Origin: an uncultured delta proteobacterium
GTDB lineage: Bacteria; Desulfobacterota; RBG-13-43-22
Assembly: GCA_963843145.1 (NCBI GenBank)
Contig: CAWJJC010000028.1
Location: 32,001 to 96,000 of the forward strand
Length of the DNA stretch: 64,000 nucleotides
Direction: 5' to 3'
Both the position numbers and the translations under genes were made by a program. Position 1 is the stretch's first letter. Every line of letters begins with the position of its first letter. Shown in pieces: positions 31,205 through 44,011 of this stretch. Below the pieces are notes generated by a model that was not told the origin of the DNA, did not search any database, and was given only the letters and a program-made list of their open reading frames with translations.

Positions 31205-31371
31205 CGGCGGTTGCTCTTCCTCCCGTCTTTGGCCGTTTTGAACCCGGTTTTCTCCTTGACAGTTTCCCGTGGATTCCCTTAACTTACAGCTAAGGGCCTA
31301 ACTATTCGATAGGCCATTTGGTTTTTCGGCAGAAGAGGGCACTGGACGTAAATACTTTTTCAGGAGAGATT

Positions 31372-32400
31372 ATGAAGCGTGGGATGATTGGGGTAATCGG
31401 GTTACTTTTCCTTTGGGCCATGAGTGTTCCCGCGGCCTGGGGCGATGCCACGGTGGAGACTTTTTTTAAAACCGGTGGAATAAAGGGAATGGGGGCCGCC
31501 GAGGGAATGATGACTCATCGAATTCAAGGTGAAAAAAAATGGGATTCCAACAACCTAAAATTCACCGGGGCTTTTCTTTCCAAACTGGCGGGGGAGACGG
31601 AAACGGTTACCATCACCCGGGTGGATAAGGCCTTGACCTGGGCCCTGGATACCAAAAAGAGGACCTATACCGAGACCCCGATCCAGCCTCTAAAGAGGCC
31701 GGCTGCCGAGCGACCACAACGGGAGGAGAAACCGGAAAAGTCAACGGCTCGAATCACCCGATCGGAGTTTTCGGTCAAAAAGACCGGGGCCTCCGAAACC
31801 ATCAATGGTTTTTCTTGCGAGGAATATCTGGTCACCTGGCTGCTGGAAATGGAGGACCTGGAGACCAAGGCCAAGTCCCGCAGTACCATGACGACCAACC
31901 TCTGGACGACCCCGGAGACAGCCACCATCAAGAAGGTCCAGGCCGAGGAACAACGGTTTAACCGCGCACTGGCCAAACTGCTGGGCAGTGAAATTTCCAC
32001 GGAAGAGGCCCGCCAGATGGGGATGGCCGCCATGGCGGCTATGTCCAAGGCCTCCCCGGAGGAGATCCAGAAAGGGCTGGGGCGGGTGAAAAACGAGATG
32101 GCCAAGATCAAAGGCTACCCTATCCGGACTGTCATTGATTGGAATTTTGAAAGCGAGGGCCAGGAAGGAGCGGCTCGGGAGGATTCGGCTTCGCGGGATC
32201 GACCCACGGATGTCTCCGGTGGACTGGGCGGACTGGTCAGCGGTCTTTTAGGAAAGGTCGTCCAAAAAAAGGCGGAAGAGAAAATGTCGGGGGGAAAGGG
32301 CGCGCCCTTCTTTTCCAGCACCATGGAAGTAAAGTCGCTCAATGCCGACCCGGTTCCGGGAGAATCCTTTGAGATCCCGAGCGGTTATGTAAAAAAGTAG
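31372..32400 (+). CDS. Secreted DUF4412-like protein
   Basis: Signal peptide AWG-D; TGASETINGFSCEEY; C-terminal FEIPSGY. Confidence 0.75.
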   Translation: MKRGMIGVIGLLFLWAMSVPAAWGDATVETFFKTGGIKGMGAAEGMMTHRIQGEKKWDSNNLKFTGAFLSKLAGETETVTITRVDKALTWALDTKKRTYTETPIQPLKRPAAERPQREEKPEKSTARITRSEFSVKKTGASETINGFSCEEYLVTWLLEMEDLETKAKSRSTMTTNLWTTPETATIKKVQAEEQRFNRALAKLLGSEISTEEARQMGMAAMAAMSKASPEEIQKGLGRVKNEMAKIKGYPIRTVIDWNFESEGQEGAAREDSASRDRPTDVSGGLGGLVSGLLGKVVQKKAEEKMSGGKGAPFFSSTMEVKSLNADPVPGESFEIPSGYVKK

Positions 32401-32497
32401 GGAAGGGTGTTTATCCGGTTAGGAAGGATAGCCAAAGGGGCCCTAGGTAACTGGTTTATTTGAAACCAAAATAACCTTTTTCCCAGAGAAAGAAGAG

Positions 32498-32995
32498 GTG
32501 GGCCTTATGGATTTGATCGGATTTTTGGGACAGGTGGAAGTTTTTAGAGGTTTAGATTCCATTCAGTTAAAGGTCCTCAAACCCTGCTGCCAGGTGAAGT
32601 TGTTTAAAGAGGGGGATAAGATATTCGGCGAAGATGACCATGCTTTTTTTCTCTGGGCGGTTGTTGACGGCCAGATCGACCTGCGTTTTGATCTGCCGGG
32701 GCGGGAGAGTGCCGGAGAGATGTCTATTTCTAAGATACTCCCCGGGAAGGTTTTTGGCTGGTCCAGTCTGGTTCCGCCAAATATTTATCGGCTTTCCGCC
32801 TATGCCCTCACTCCGGACGTTGAGGTCCTGCAGATAAATAGGAATTGTCTGATAACGCTTTTCAGCAAGGACTCCAAAATCGGTTACCTGGTCATGAGCA
32901 ATGTGGCCAGCGTGATCAGTACCCGTTTTCAACAGTTGCAGGATGAACTGAGTCTAAAAAATGGAAAGAGCATGCTTTTTCAGAGTGACTGGTGA
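32498..32995 (+). CDS. Stand-alone cyclic-nucleotide-binding domain protein
   Basis: GDKIFGE, PGKVFGWSSL; no HTH. Confidence 0.8.
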   Translation: MGLMDLIGFLGQVEVFRGLDSIQLKVLKPCCQVKLFKEGDKIFGEDDHAFFLWAVVDGQIDLRFDLPGRESAGEMSISKILPGKVFGWSSLVPPNIYRLSAYALTPDVEVLQINRNCLITLFSKDSKIGYLVMSNVASVISTRFQQLQDELSLKNGKSMLFQSDW

Positions 32996-33058
32996 TGAGT
33001 TCGCGAAAAGTCGAAAAAACCCTCATTGCGACCCGAGGCCAACGGGTTCTGAAAATAA

Positions 33059-33550
33059 TCATCCCCCCCAGGGCATCTGGGCGTATTCTTCAAAGGCCCG
33101 ATCATGGAGGTTTTTGAATAGATTTTCATGACCTTTTTCCCAGAGGGCCAGCTTTTCCAGGGACTGTTTGGCCTTTCCTTCCACTCGATCGGCCGCCATC
33201 CGGTAGAATTCGGCAAAGTCTCGTTCGATGAGATAAGCCATTCGTAGAATCGGCAGGACCGGTACCATGGATTGAAGGACGGTCTGATCGATCAGTTCCT
33301 TTTCGGCTTTCTTGAGGAAAAAATTCGGATTCTCCACCTCCAAACCCGCGGGCGAGACAGAAGAAACCTCCTGATCCAGTTCCTGAAGCTGCCGATTGAT
33401 AAACTCGATATGTTTTTGTTCCTCCAGAGCCAAATTCTTAAAGACCCCCACGGCTGCCGCGTGTGCGAAGCGCTCGGCATTTTGTTCAAAAAAACGCTTT
33501 CCTTCTATCTCACGCTGCAGGGCGTATTCATAAATCTTTCGAATTTCCAT
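33059..33550 (-). CDS. Rubrerythrin/ferritin-like diiron protein
   Basis: E..G..F, EEQKH, ERD..EFY, WEKGH ligands. Confidence 0.88.
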   Translation of the reverse strand: MEIRKIYEYALQREIEGKRFFEQNAERFAHAAAVGVFKNLALEEQKHIEFINRQLQELDQEVSSVSPAGLEVENPNFFLKKAEKELIDQTVLQSMVPVLPILRMAYLIERDFAEFYRMAADRVEGKAKQSLEKLALWEKGHENLFKNLHDRAFEEYAQMPWGG

Positions 33551-33664
33551 AGAGTTCCTCGCTATTATTGATATTAATTATATATTAATCATTCCAGGAT
33601 TATAGTCAACGAGTATTTGAATATAAAAGGTTGTTCTTCCTTTCGGGGGGGTAAGACACAATAT

Positions 33665-33950
33665 GGGGTGGGTTGGTCTGAAATCGAAGCTCCGTGGCCG
33701 AGGGGTCTCGGCGAAAGGGTTTTCCAAAGGTACTCCGGACTTCGAACCCGGGCCGAACGTACTAATTTTATTTAAAGCAGGCCCATACTCAGAGGCTATT
33801 GACGTCTACCAGGCTGGCCCTGCCCCCTCGAAGATTTGACAAGATGGGGGCCGGGTTAGGACCGATAAAGCAATAGGGAAAACCCTTTCGCCGAGACCCC
33901 TCGGCCATACGAGTTATGGAAGGTACCCACCCCTGAGGGTGAAGCGATAC
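33665..33950. mobile_element. Putative MITE-like element made of inverted copies of the CGCCGAGACCCC repeat
   Basis: 33694-33725 is nearly the exact reverse complement of 33877-33908; outer GGGGTGGGT/ACCCACCCC; ~150-bp non-coding core; no target-site duplication seen. Confidence 0.5.
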
Positions 33951-33952
33951 AC

Positions 33953-33999
33953 AAAAAAGCCCCCTCAACCAGGCCGGCGGAGACGGCAGAAGAGGGGGC
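33953..33999 (-). terminator. Probable intrinsic terminator after fdhA
   Basis: Minus strand GCCCCCTC...GAGGGGGC followed by T6. Confidence 0.45.
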
Positions 34000-34033
34000 C
34001 AAAAAAAGGGCTGGTTGAGATGATGGACCTGCC

Positions 34034-36817
34034 TCAGGTGGTTTCCCTCAGCGCCTCGACCCGCACGGCGCATATTTTGTATTCTGGAATTTTGGACACC
34101 GGATCCAGGGCGGAGTTGGTCAACTCGTTAACCGAGGCCTCCGGAAAATGAAAATTTCCATAGACCATCCCTGGGGGGACGCGGTCGGTGATCCAGGCAT
34201 CACTCTCGATCATTCCTCTTCGGGAAGTGACCCGAATCCGTTTATTTCCATTCAGACCCAGCTTCTTGGCATCGGCCGGATTGAGTTCAACCAACGGCCG
34301 GGGATAGATTTCCAACAGGCCCTTGGCCCTTCGGGACATCTGTCCGCCGTGCCAATGGTAGAGTACCCTTCCGGTGCTCAGGAGATAGGGATATTCACGG
34401 CTCGGCATTTCCGCGGCCGGGAGATTTTCGTTGACCGTAAATTTCCCTACTCCGCGGGCAAATTTTCCCACATGCAAGACCGGGGTCCCGGGGTCGGTGC
34501 TGTTCTTCACCGGCCACTGAAAGGTTTCCCCCCGCTCCAGGCGCTCGTGGGTCACCCCGGCATAACTGGGGGAAAGAGCGGCGATCTCTTCCATAATTTC
34601 CGAGGTGCGCTGATATTCCCATCCGCCGTAGGTCCCGTCACTCACCCGTCGCTCTCCTTTGGAGAGAAGGCGCCGGGCGAGCTCGGAGATGATGCGCCAA
34701 TCCTCGCGAGCCTCTCCCGGGGAGTCAATGGCCTTCCGGACCATTTGGATCCGTCGTTCGGTATTTGTAAAGGTGCCTGTTTTTTCAGCAAAACTTGTTC
34801 CAGGCAGGAGGATGTCGGCATAGGGTTCGGTTTCGGAGGAAAAGAGTTCCTGGAGTATGACCAGGGAACATTCCTTGAGGCAATGACGCACATGATTCGT
34901 ATCCGCATCGCTCATTATCGGATCTTCGCCTAATATGTAGAGGGCTTTGATCTTCCCCTCGGGAATGCCGGGCATCATCTCGGTAACCGTCATCCCCACC
35001 TTGGGTGACAAAGGGACCCCCCAGGCGGCTTCAAATTTCCGCTGGACCTCGGGGTCGGTCACGGCCTGGTAGGCCGGATAGACATTGGGCAGACCGCCCA
35101 TGTCGCAGGCCCCCTGGACATTGTTCTGTCCCCGCAAGGGGTTGACGCCGCCTCCGGGGATACCCATGTTGCCCAAGACCATTTGAAGATTGGCCAGCGT
35201 CTGGACGTTGCTGACCCCGGTGATATGCTGGGTGATACCCATGGCCCAGAGTACGGCCATGGGTCGGTTTTTGGCCATCAGTTCGGCCGCCTCCTGGAGT
35301 TGTGTCAGGGGGACTCCTGTAATCTTTGACACTATTTCCGGAGTATAGGTCAGGACCACTTTCTTGAATTCCTCAAAACCTTCCGTCCGCTCGGCGATAA
35401 AGGATTTATCTTCCCAGCCCTGAGAGAGGATGATATGCATCAGTCCATTAACCAGGGCGATGTCGGTGCCCGGATGATGACGCAGGTGCAAAGTCGCGAA
35501 ATCCGCCAGGGGGATCCGCCGGGGATCGGCCAGGATCAGCACGGCTCCCCGTTGTCTGACGGCCTGGCGGACCCGGAACCCGATCACCGGGTGCTGTTCG
35601 GTGGTATTGGAGCCGATCACCAAAAAGGCTCGGGCCTGTTCGGCAATATCTTCAATCGAATTGGACATGGCGCCCGAACCGTAGGAAATGGCCAGACCGG
35701 CCACGGTGCTGCTGTGTCAGAGGCGGGCGCAATGGTCTATATTGTTCGTCCCTAAAACCTGCCGGGCGAATTTATTCATCAGATAATTTTCTTCATTCAA
35801 ACACTTGGCCGAAGTCAGGACCCCGATCCGGTCACCGCCATCTTCGTCTCGAATCGTCCGTAACCGATTGGCAGTCAAGTCCAGGGCCGTGCCCCAATCC
35901 ACTTCCACCCAGGGATCGCCGAATCGTTTGGCGGCCCGCTCTCCTTCTAACAAATACTTGCGCACCCGGGGCTTGGTCAGGCGATCGGGATGGCTGACAT
36001 AATCATAGCCAAAGCGGCCCTTGACGCACATCCAACCGCGGTTGGCCGGAGATCCCCAGGAGGAATCCACTCGGACGATGGTATTATCTTTCACCTTCAG
36101 ATCAAGCTGGCAACCGACGCCGCAGTAGGAGCAGGTGGTCTTGACGCTCCGGTATTCCCAGTTCCGGCCTCGGCCGAGAGACATCTTGGCCGTCAGGGCG
36201 CCGGTGGGACAGATGGCCAGACAACTGCCGCAAAACTCACAAGGGCTCTGGGCCATCCCGGCCTCGGTGTCCTCGCCAAAAGCGATGACGGCGTTAAAAC
36301 CCCTTTCGATGATTTTCACCGCCTCGACGCCGTTTATATATTTGCAGGCCCGGACGCAGCGACGGCATAAAATACACTTATTGCGGTCCACTTGAATAAA
36401 GGGATTGGAGGTGTCGATGGGGAACTGTTGCCGTTCTCCCGTAAAACGGGTGCCTTTGACCTCATATTCATAGGCCAGGTCCTGAAGGAGGCAGTTCCCG
36501 GTGGCTTCACAGGTCAGGCAGTCCAGCGGGTGATTGGAAAGCAACAGTTCCAGGACGGCTTTCCGGGCCTCGATCACTTTGGGCGAATGGGTTTGGAGGA
36601 CCAACCCTTCCTCAACCGGAAAGTTGCAGGCCGTCTCCAGGGAACCCTGCGGCTCTCTTTCCACCACGCAAATTCGACAGGCGCCGTCCGGGGGGAGGGC
36701 CGGATGGTGGCACAGAACGGGAATCGTGAACCCGGCCTCCGTGGCCGCCTCCCAGACAGTTTTTCCAGCCAGGGTTTCAACTTGTTGACCGTTAATCGTT
36801 AGGTGAACTTTTTCCAT
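34034..36817 (-). CDS. fdhA: Selenocysteine formate dehydrogenase alpha subunit with N-terminal Fe-S (NuoG-like) domains
   Basis: NIDHCARL-U-HSST (TGA 35717-35719), hairpin GTGGCC-GGTCT-GGCCAT, CSYCGVGC, LRGQNNVQGACDMG; two track ORFs are in frame. Confidence 0.96.
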
Positions 36818-36994
36818 GGGGGTCAGAGACTCCTTTCTTACAATCGGCCCTGTGCCTTTTTCCCGAGGTATGACGGATGGGAACCTATAACTCTCTCGAA
36901 TCACTTAAGAAAATATTGAATACCGGGTCAGACTGAAAATCAGGTCGATTATAGTTTAAGGGGTAGAGGCGGTCAAGAAGAAAAAGTGTATCCA

Positions 36995-38635
36995 TCAGCG
37001 ATGGTCGGCCTGGCGCTCCTCAATAAGCGCTTCGAGTCGTTCCATCAATTCCCCAAAAGTCTGCTCTCGTAGCGCCGAGACCAGGACGGCCTGATAACGG
37101 GAACGCTGGATTTGGGCATATTCTTTAGTCACCCGGTCTATTTTGTTAAAAACACGCAAGTTGGGAATCGTGGAAAGCCCGAGTTGGTTAAGAAGATTTT
37201 CTACTACGGTCATATGTTCCTCGAAACGGGGGTTGCTGATATCCAGCACCTGGAGGATTAAGTCCGCATTCTCCAATTCTTCCAAGGTAGCCCTAAAGGC
37301 GGTCAGAAGATCTTTGGGCAGGTTTTTAATGAAACCCACCGTATCGGTGATGATCACTTCCCGGTCGTGGGGAAACTTGAGCCGGCGGCTGGTGGGATCC
37401 AACGTGGCGAAAAGACGATCCTCGGCCGCCAAACGGCTGTGGGTAAGGGTGTTCAGCAAGGTGGATTTTCCGGCATTGGTATAACCCACGATGGAAATAA
37501 CGGGAATGTTCCTTCGTTCCCGCTTCCCTCGCCGTTGTTGACGCTGGCTGCGAATGGCCTCCAGATCCCGTTGCAGACGGTGAATTTTTTCGCGAACCCT
37601 CCGCCGGTCGATCTCCAACCGGGTTTCTCCCGGCCCCCGACCGCCGATGCCCCCGGTTAACCGGGAGAGGGCGTCATCCCGGCCCTTCAACCGGGGCAGA
37701 ATATACTTCAATTGGGCCATCTCCACCTGAATCTTTCCCTCCCGGGTCCTGGCTCGCTGCGCAAAGATGTCCAGGATCAACTGGGTGCGGTCGATGACCT
37801 TCAGGTCGGTGAAATCCGTGATGGAACTGACCTGGGAGGGATTCAATTCCTGGTCAAATACCCACAGGGTGGCCTCCAGTTGCAAAGCCCGGATGGACAG
37901 GCTGCTCAAACGGTCCTTGCTCATTAAATACTTAGGGTTGACTTCTTTTCGGGTCTGGATAACTGTTTCCACAACCTCCAGGTTGGCGGAGTAGGCCAAT
38001 TCTTTCAATTCCTCGAGGGATTCCTGGGCCACGGATTTTGGCTGTGGGGTGATACTGATCAGCATGGCCCGCTCCGCCGAACGCCTCACCCGGCGGACCG
38101 AAAGCCTGTGCCCCCATTCTTCCTCCAGAGAGCGGACCAGGCTTTGCACTTCCAGTCGGGATTGTCCCAGTCTTTCGGGTTCCAAGACTCTAAAAGTCAG
38201 TCCCTCGGGGTTATCGGGAAGCAGGTGGGCGGTTTGCAGCCAGAGGGCGTTTCCGGACCGGTCCAGACCAAGGACGGTCACCAGATCCAGACGCAGGCGG
38301 GCCAGATCGGTCCGGTCTTCCTCATTCAGGGATTCCTCTTTAAAGTGCGTGTGTAGCAGACGCAAGCCTTTGAGACGGCCCTTAGCGCCTCGAAATTCGG
38401 ACAAATCGGGGATCAGCAGGGAATGGTCATGACCCACAATGACGTAGAGCAGGTCGCCTCGGCGGTTGATCAGCAGGCCTATTTGACGTTTTATCTCAAA
38501 GGAGATTTCCGCCAGAGATTGGGCTAATTCCAGCGTGATGACTTGCTGAGGGGGGAGGTGGCGGCGGTAAAGATACTGAAGTTTTTTCAGTTGGGAGGCT
38601 TTTAAACCGGAGGTATTCCCGAAGATGCGGCTGAT
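36995..38635 (-). CDS. hflX: GTPase HflX (long N-terminal type); likely ATC start
   Basis: IFGNTSGLK, VGYTNAGKST, LFATLDPT, DTVGFI, NKID; GAGGAGG sits 5 nt before ATC at 38635. Confidence 0.95.
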   Translation of the reverse strand: MSRIFGNTSGLKASQLKKLQYLYRRHLPPQQVITLELAQSLAEISFEIKRQIGLLINRRGDLLYVIVGHDHSLLIPDLSEFRGAKGRLKGLRLLHTHFKEESLNEEDRTDLARLRLDLVTVLGLDRSGNALWLQTAHLLPDNPEGLTFRVLEPERLGQSRLEVQSLVRSLEEEWGHRLSVRRVRRSAERAMLISITPQPKSVAQESLEELKELAYSANLEVVETVIQTRKEVNPKYLMSKDRLSSLSIRALQLEATLWVFDQELNPSQVSSITDFTDLKVIDRTQLILDIFAQRARTREGKIQVEMAQLKYILPRLKGRDDALSRLTGGIGGRGPGETRLEIDRRRVREKIHRLQRDLEAIRSQRQQRRGKRERRNIPVISIVGYTNAGKSTLLNTLTHSRLAAEDRLFATLDPTSRRLKFPHDREVIITDTVGFIKNLPKDLLTAFRATLEELENADLILQVLDISNPRFEEHMTVVENLLNQLGLSTIPNLRVFNKIDRVTKEYAQIQRSRYQAVLVSALREQTFGELMERLEALIEERQADHR

Positions 38636-38645
38636 AGGGTCCTCC

Positions 38646-39998
38646 TCAGAACGGTTCCCCGTCGTCGCCGGCCAGATTTTCAAATCGGGTGTATTGATTT
38701 ATAAAGGACAGCGTGATTTTCCCGATCGGGCCATTACGCTGTTTGCCGATGATAACCTCAGCAGTTCCTTTCTGTTTCGAATTCTCATCATACATCTCGT
38801 CCCGGTAGATGAATAAAATCACGTCCGCGTCCTGTTCGATGGCCCCGGATTCTCTTAAATCGGCCATAAAGGGACGTCGGTCGGTACGATCTTCCACCTT
38901 GCGATTCAACTGGGAGAGGGCTACCACGGGTATGTTGAGTTCCTTGGCTAAGGCCTTGAGAGAACGTGAAATCTCCGAGATCTCCTGTTCCCGGCGGTCC
39001 GATCCTCCCCGACCGCTCATCAACTGGAGATAATCGACCACCGCCAGCCCCAATCCCTTCTCCGACTTTAACCGTCGGGCTTTGGCCCGCATCTGCAGCA
39101 CGGTGAGCCCCGGGGAGTCGTCGATATAAATCGGCGCTTCGGAGAGGAGGCCGGCGGCATTGGTCAACCGAGGCCAGTCCCGTTCTCCGATAAAACCGCT
39201 CCGCAGCTTGTAAGAATCCACTCGGGCTTCACTGCACAACATGCGGATAGCCAATTGTTGGCGGGACATTTCCAGGGAGAAAATGACTGCTGGGATTTCG
39301 GCCTGGGTAGCGGCGTTGCGGGCAATATCCAGGGCAAAAGCCGTTTTGCCCATGCTCGGGCGTCCGGCGATAATGATCAGGTCCGAAGGTTGAAATCCCG
39401 AGGTCAGTTGATCCAGTTTGGTGAATCCGGTGGGAACCCCACTGATGCGTTCTTTGCGCTCGTAAAGCGCTTCTATGGTCTGAAAGCTGTCTTTGATGAC
39501 CTCGCTCAGGGGGTAAATATGGGGGGTGATTTTGGCGGCGGTGATTTCAAAAATTGATTTTTCGGCCTGGTCTAAAATATCCTCCACCTCTCCGGAGAAT
39601 TGATAACTTTTGCTGGCGATTTCCGTGGTGATGTTGATCAGGCGTCGGAGGATGGCTTTTTCCCGGACGATCCGGGCATAGACTTCAATATTGACGGCGG
39701 AGGGGATGGCATCCGTCAGGGAGGTTAAATAACTGGCCCCCCCGATCCCCTCCAGATTTTGCCGGGAGAGAAGGGATTCGGTCAAAGTGATGAGATCGAC
39801 CGGTGTCCCTTTCTGGTAGAGGGCCACCATGGCGGAGAATATCTTGCGGTGGCCTTCTCGATAAAAATCATCTTCCTGCAGAATTTCTAAGATACGGGAC
39901 AGGGCCTCGGGTTCGAGGAGGATGCCCCCCAGGACCGATTGTTCGGCTTCAATGTTTTGAGGGGGTATCTTAAGGGCCGCTTCCTCAGAGGGGTGCAT
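38646..39998 (-). CDS. dnaB: Replicative DNA helicase
   Basis: PPQNIEAEQSVLG, GRPSMGKT, DYLQL, LRESGAIEQDAD. Confidence 0.99.
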   Translation of the reverse strand: MHPSEEAALKIPPQNIEAEQSVLGGILLEPEALSRILEILQEDDFYREGHRKIFSAMVALYQKGTPVDLITLTESLLSRQNLEGIGGASYLTSLTDAIPSAVNIEVYARIVREKAILRRLINITTEIASKSYQFSGEVEDILDQAEKSIFEITAAKITPHIYPLSEVIKDSFQTIEALYERKERISGVPTGFTKLDQLTSGFQPSDLIIIAGRPSMGKTAFALDIARNAATQAEIPAVIFSLEMSRQQLAIRMLCSEARVDSYKLRSGFIGERDWPRLTNAAGLLSEAPIYIDDSPGLTVLQMRAKARRLKSEKGLGLAVVDYLQLMSGRGGSDRREQEISEISRSLKALAKELNIPVVALSQLNRKVEDRTDRRPFMADLRESGAIEQDADVILFIYRDEMYDENSKQKGTAEVIIGKQRNGPIGKITLSFINQYTRFENLAGDDGEPF

Positions 39999-40004
39999 AA
40001 GAGA

Positions 40005-40451
40005 CTATTTTTCTTCAGACACCTTGAGGCGAAGTTGGGCTGTTATTCCGGTATGAATCTTCAAAGGGATTTCAAAATCCCCCAAGGTCCGGATCGGCTC
40101 TTCCAGAAGAATATTTTTGCGGTCAAACGTTATTTGGGCCTTGGCCAGGGCTTCGGCCAAGTCTTTGGAGGTCACCGAACCGAATATTTTTTCTCCATCG
40201 GAAACCTTCCGGGAAAGGGTCAGCTCCAAGGCGTTGATTTGTTCCGCCAATTTTTGAGCCCCTTCCAGGTCTTTGGTCGTTTTTTTGATAATCAAGCGTT
40301 TCTGTTCCTCCACCTCCTTGAGGTGATGGGCCGTGGCGTCGAGAGCCTTACCCTGGGGAACCAAAAAATTGCGTCCGTAGCCCCGGGCCACTTCCACTAA
40401 ATCGCCGGCTTTACCCAGGTGGGGCACATCCTCTTTTAAAATAAGCTTCAT
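40005..40451 (-). CDS. rplI: 50S ribosomal protein L9
   Basis: MKLILKEDV..LG..G..VEVARGYGRNFL. Confidence 0.98.
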   Translation of the reverse strand: MKLILKEDVPHLGKAGDLVEVARGYGRNFLVPQGKALDATAHHLKEVEEQKRLIIKKTTKDLEGAQKLAEQINALELTLSRKVSDGEKIFGSVTSKDLAEALAKAQITFDRKNILLEEPIRTLGDFEIPLKIHTGITAQLRLKVSEEK

Positions 40452-40498
40452 ATACGGTCCTCCGATTCGAATCTATTGCCAGGGACTGAAGCCTCCGG

Positions 40499-40753
40499 TT
40501 AACTGGTCGTTTTGGACAAGTAGGGCAATAAGGCAATTTGACGGGTTCTTTTGATAGCTACCGTAAGTTCCCGCTGGTGTTTCGCGCAGTTGCCGGAGAT
40601 GCGCCGGGGAATGATCTTCCCCCGCTCGGTAGTAAAGTATTTTAGTGTCTTCATGTCCTTGTAATCAATATGCATGGTTTTGTCGGCGCAAAATCGGCAA
40701 ATTTTACGTCTGGTAAAAACGCGTTTTTTTCTTCTATTCTGGGGTATAGGCAT
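40499..40753 (-). CDS. rpsR: 30S ribosomal protein S18
   Basis: CRFC...IDYKD...[19 protein letters not shown]. Confidence 0.98.
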   Translation of the reverse strand: MPIPQNRRKKRVFTRRKICRFCADKTMHIDYKDMKTLKYFTTERGKIIPRRISGNCAKHQRELTVAIKRTRQIALLPYLSKTTS

Positions 40754-40755
40754 GG

Positions 40756-41184
40756 CTATTCTCCCTCCTCTTCCGCTTCAGACTTTTCTGGAACTTCGAC
40801 GGATTTTTCAGACCCTTCGTCCATTTCTTCAGGGGAGATCAGAGATTCCGGCTGAATCGCTTCTTCCTTTTCCTGCTCCAACTGGGCGGGGTCAAAGGGG
40901 TCTTTGATTTTAACCGTGAGAAACTTTAAGATTTTGTCGTCAATATTGAAATTACGTTCAATTTCCTTGATCATATTTCCAGGGCCGTAAAAATCAATCA
41001 GGGAATAAGCGCCTTTGGATTGTTTTTTGATGTCGTAGGCTAATTTCCTTCTGCCCCAGTCCTCGGTTTTGATGACCGTCCCTTTTAGGGACACGATCAT
41101 TTCGCCGTAGCGATCGCTGACCGCTTTGATCTCTTCATCCGTCAAGTCCGGATGAACAATAAATACCACTTCGTACCTGCGCAT
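40756..41184 (-). CDS. rpsF: 30S ribosomal protein S6
   Basis: [17 protein letters not shown], acidic tail. Confidence 0.98.
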   Translation of the reverse strand: MRRYEVVFIVHPDLTDEEIKAVSDRYGEMIVSLKGTVIKTEDWGRRKLAYDIKKQSKGAYSLIDFYGPGNMIKEIERNFNIDDKILKFLTVKIKDPFDPAQLEQEKEEAIQPESLISPEEMDEGSEKSVEVPEKSEAEEEGE

Positions 41185-41186
41185 AG

Positions 41187-41232
41187 AACCTCCTTACGGA
41201 TAGTATAGCCCCCCTCATAGGGAGCAAGGAGA
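41187..41232 (-). promoter_or_regulatory. S6:S18 ribosomal protein leader RNA
   Basis: CUCCUU-GCUCCCU...AGGGGGGC...CCG-UAAGGAGG: anti-SD/SD pairing with the conserved CCG just before the SD of rpsF. Confidence 0.7.
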
Positions 41233-41278
41233 AATTAATAGATTAAAATATTCTCATATTTTTGTCAATTAAAATAAG

Positions 41279-41383
41279 TTGTCGCTTCACCGTTTGGGGA
41301 TAGCGGCTAGGCTATCGGGTGTTTTTTCTGAAATCGGCCATACCAGATCTGCTGGGCGCCCACACCAAAGGCCGAAGCGACAA
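41279..41383. repeat. Internally deleted copy of the CGCCGAGACCCC family with TTGTCGCTTC/GAAGCGACAA inverted ends
   Basis: CGGCCATACCAGATCTG and AAAGGCCGAAGCG shared with copy A. Confidence 0.7.
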
Positions 41384-41424
41384 TATTATTGGCACAAAAC
41401 CCGAGGGGAAAGTTGACTTTTTAG

Positions 41425-43979
<2,555 letters not shown>

Positions 43980-44011
43980 CTTCTTTTTCCAATGATTATT
44001 CCGAGGAATCC

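Noticed and set aside
33732-33752. GGACTTCGAACCCGGG as a tRNA T-arm or att site
   Set aside because: No acceptor or anticodon arms can be built around it.
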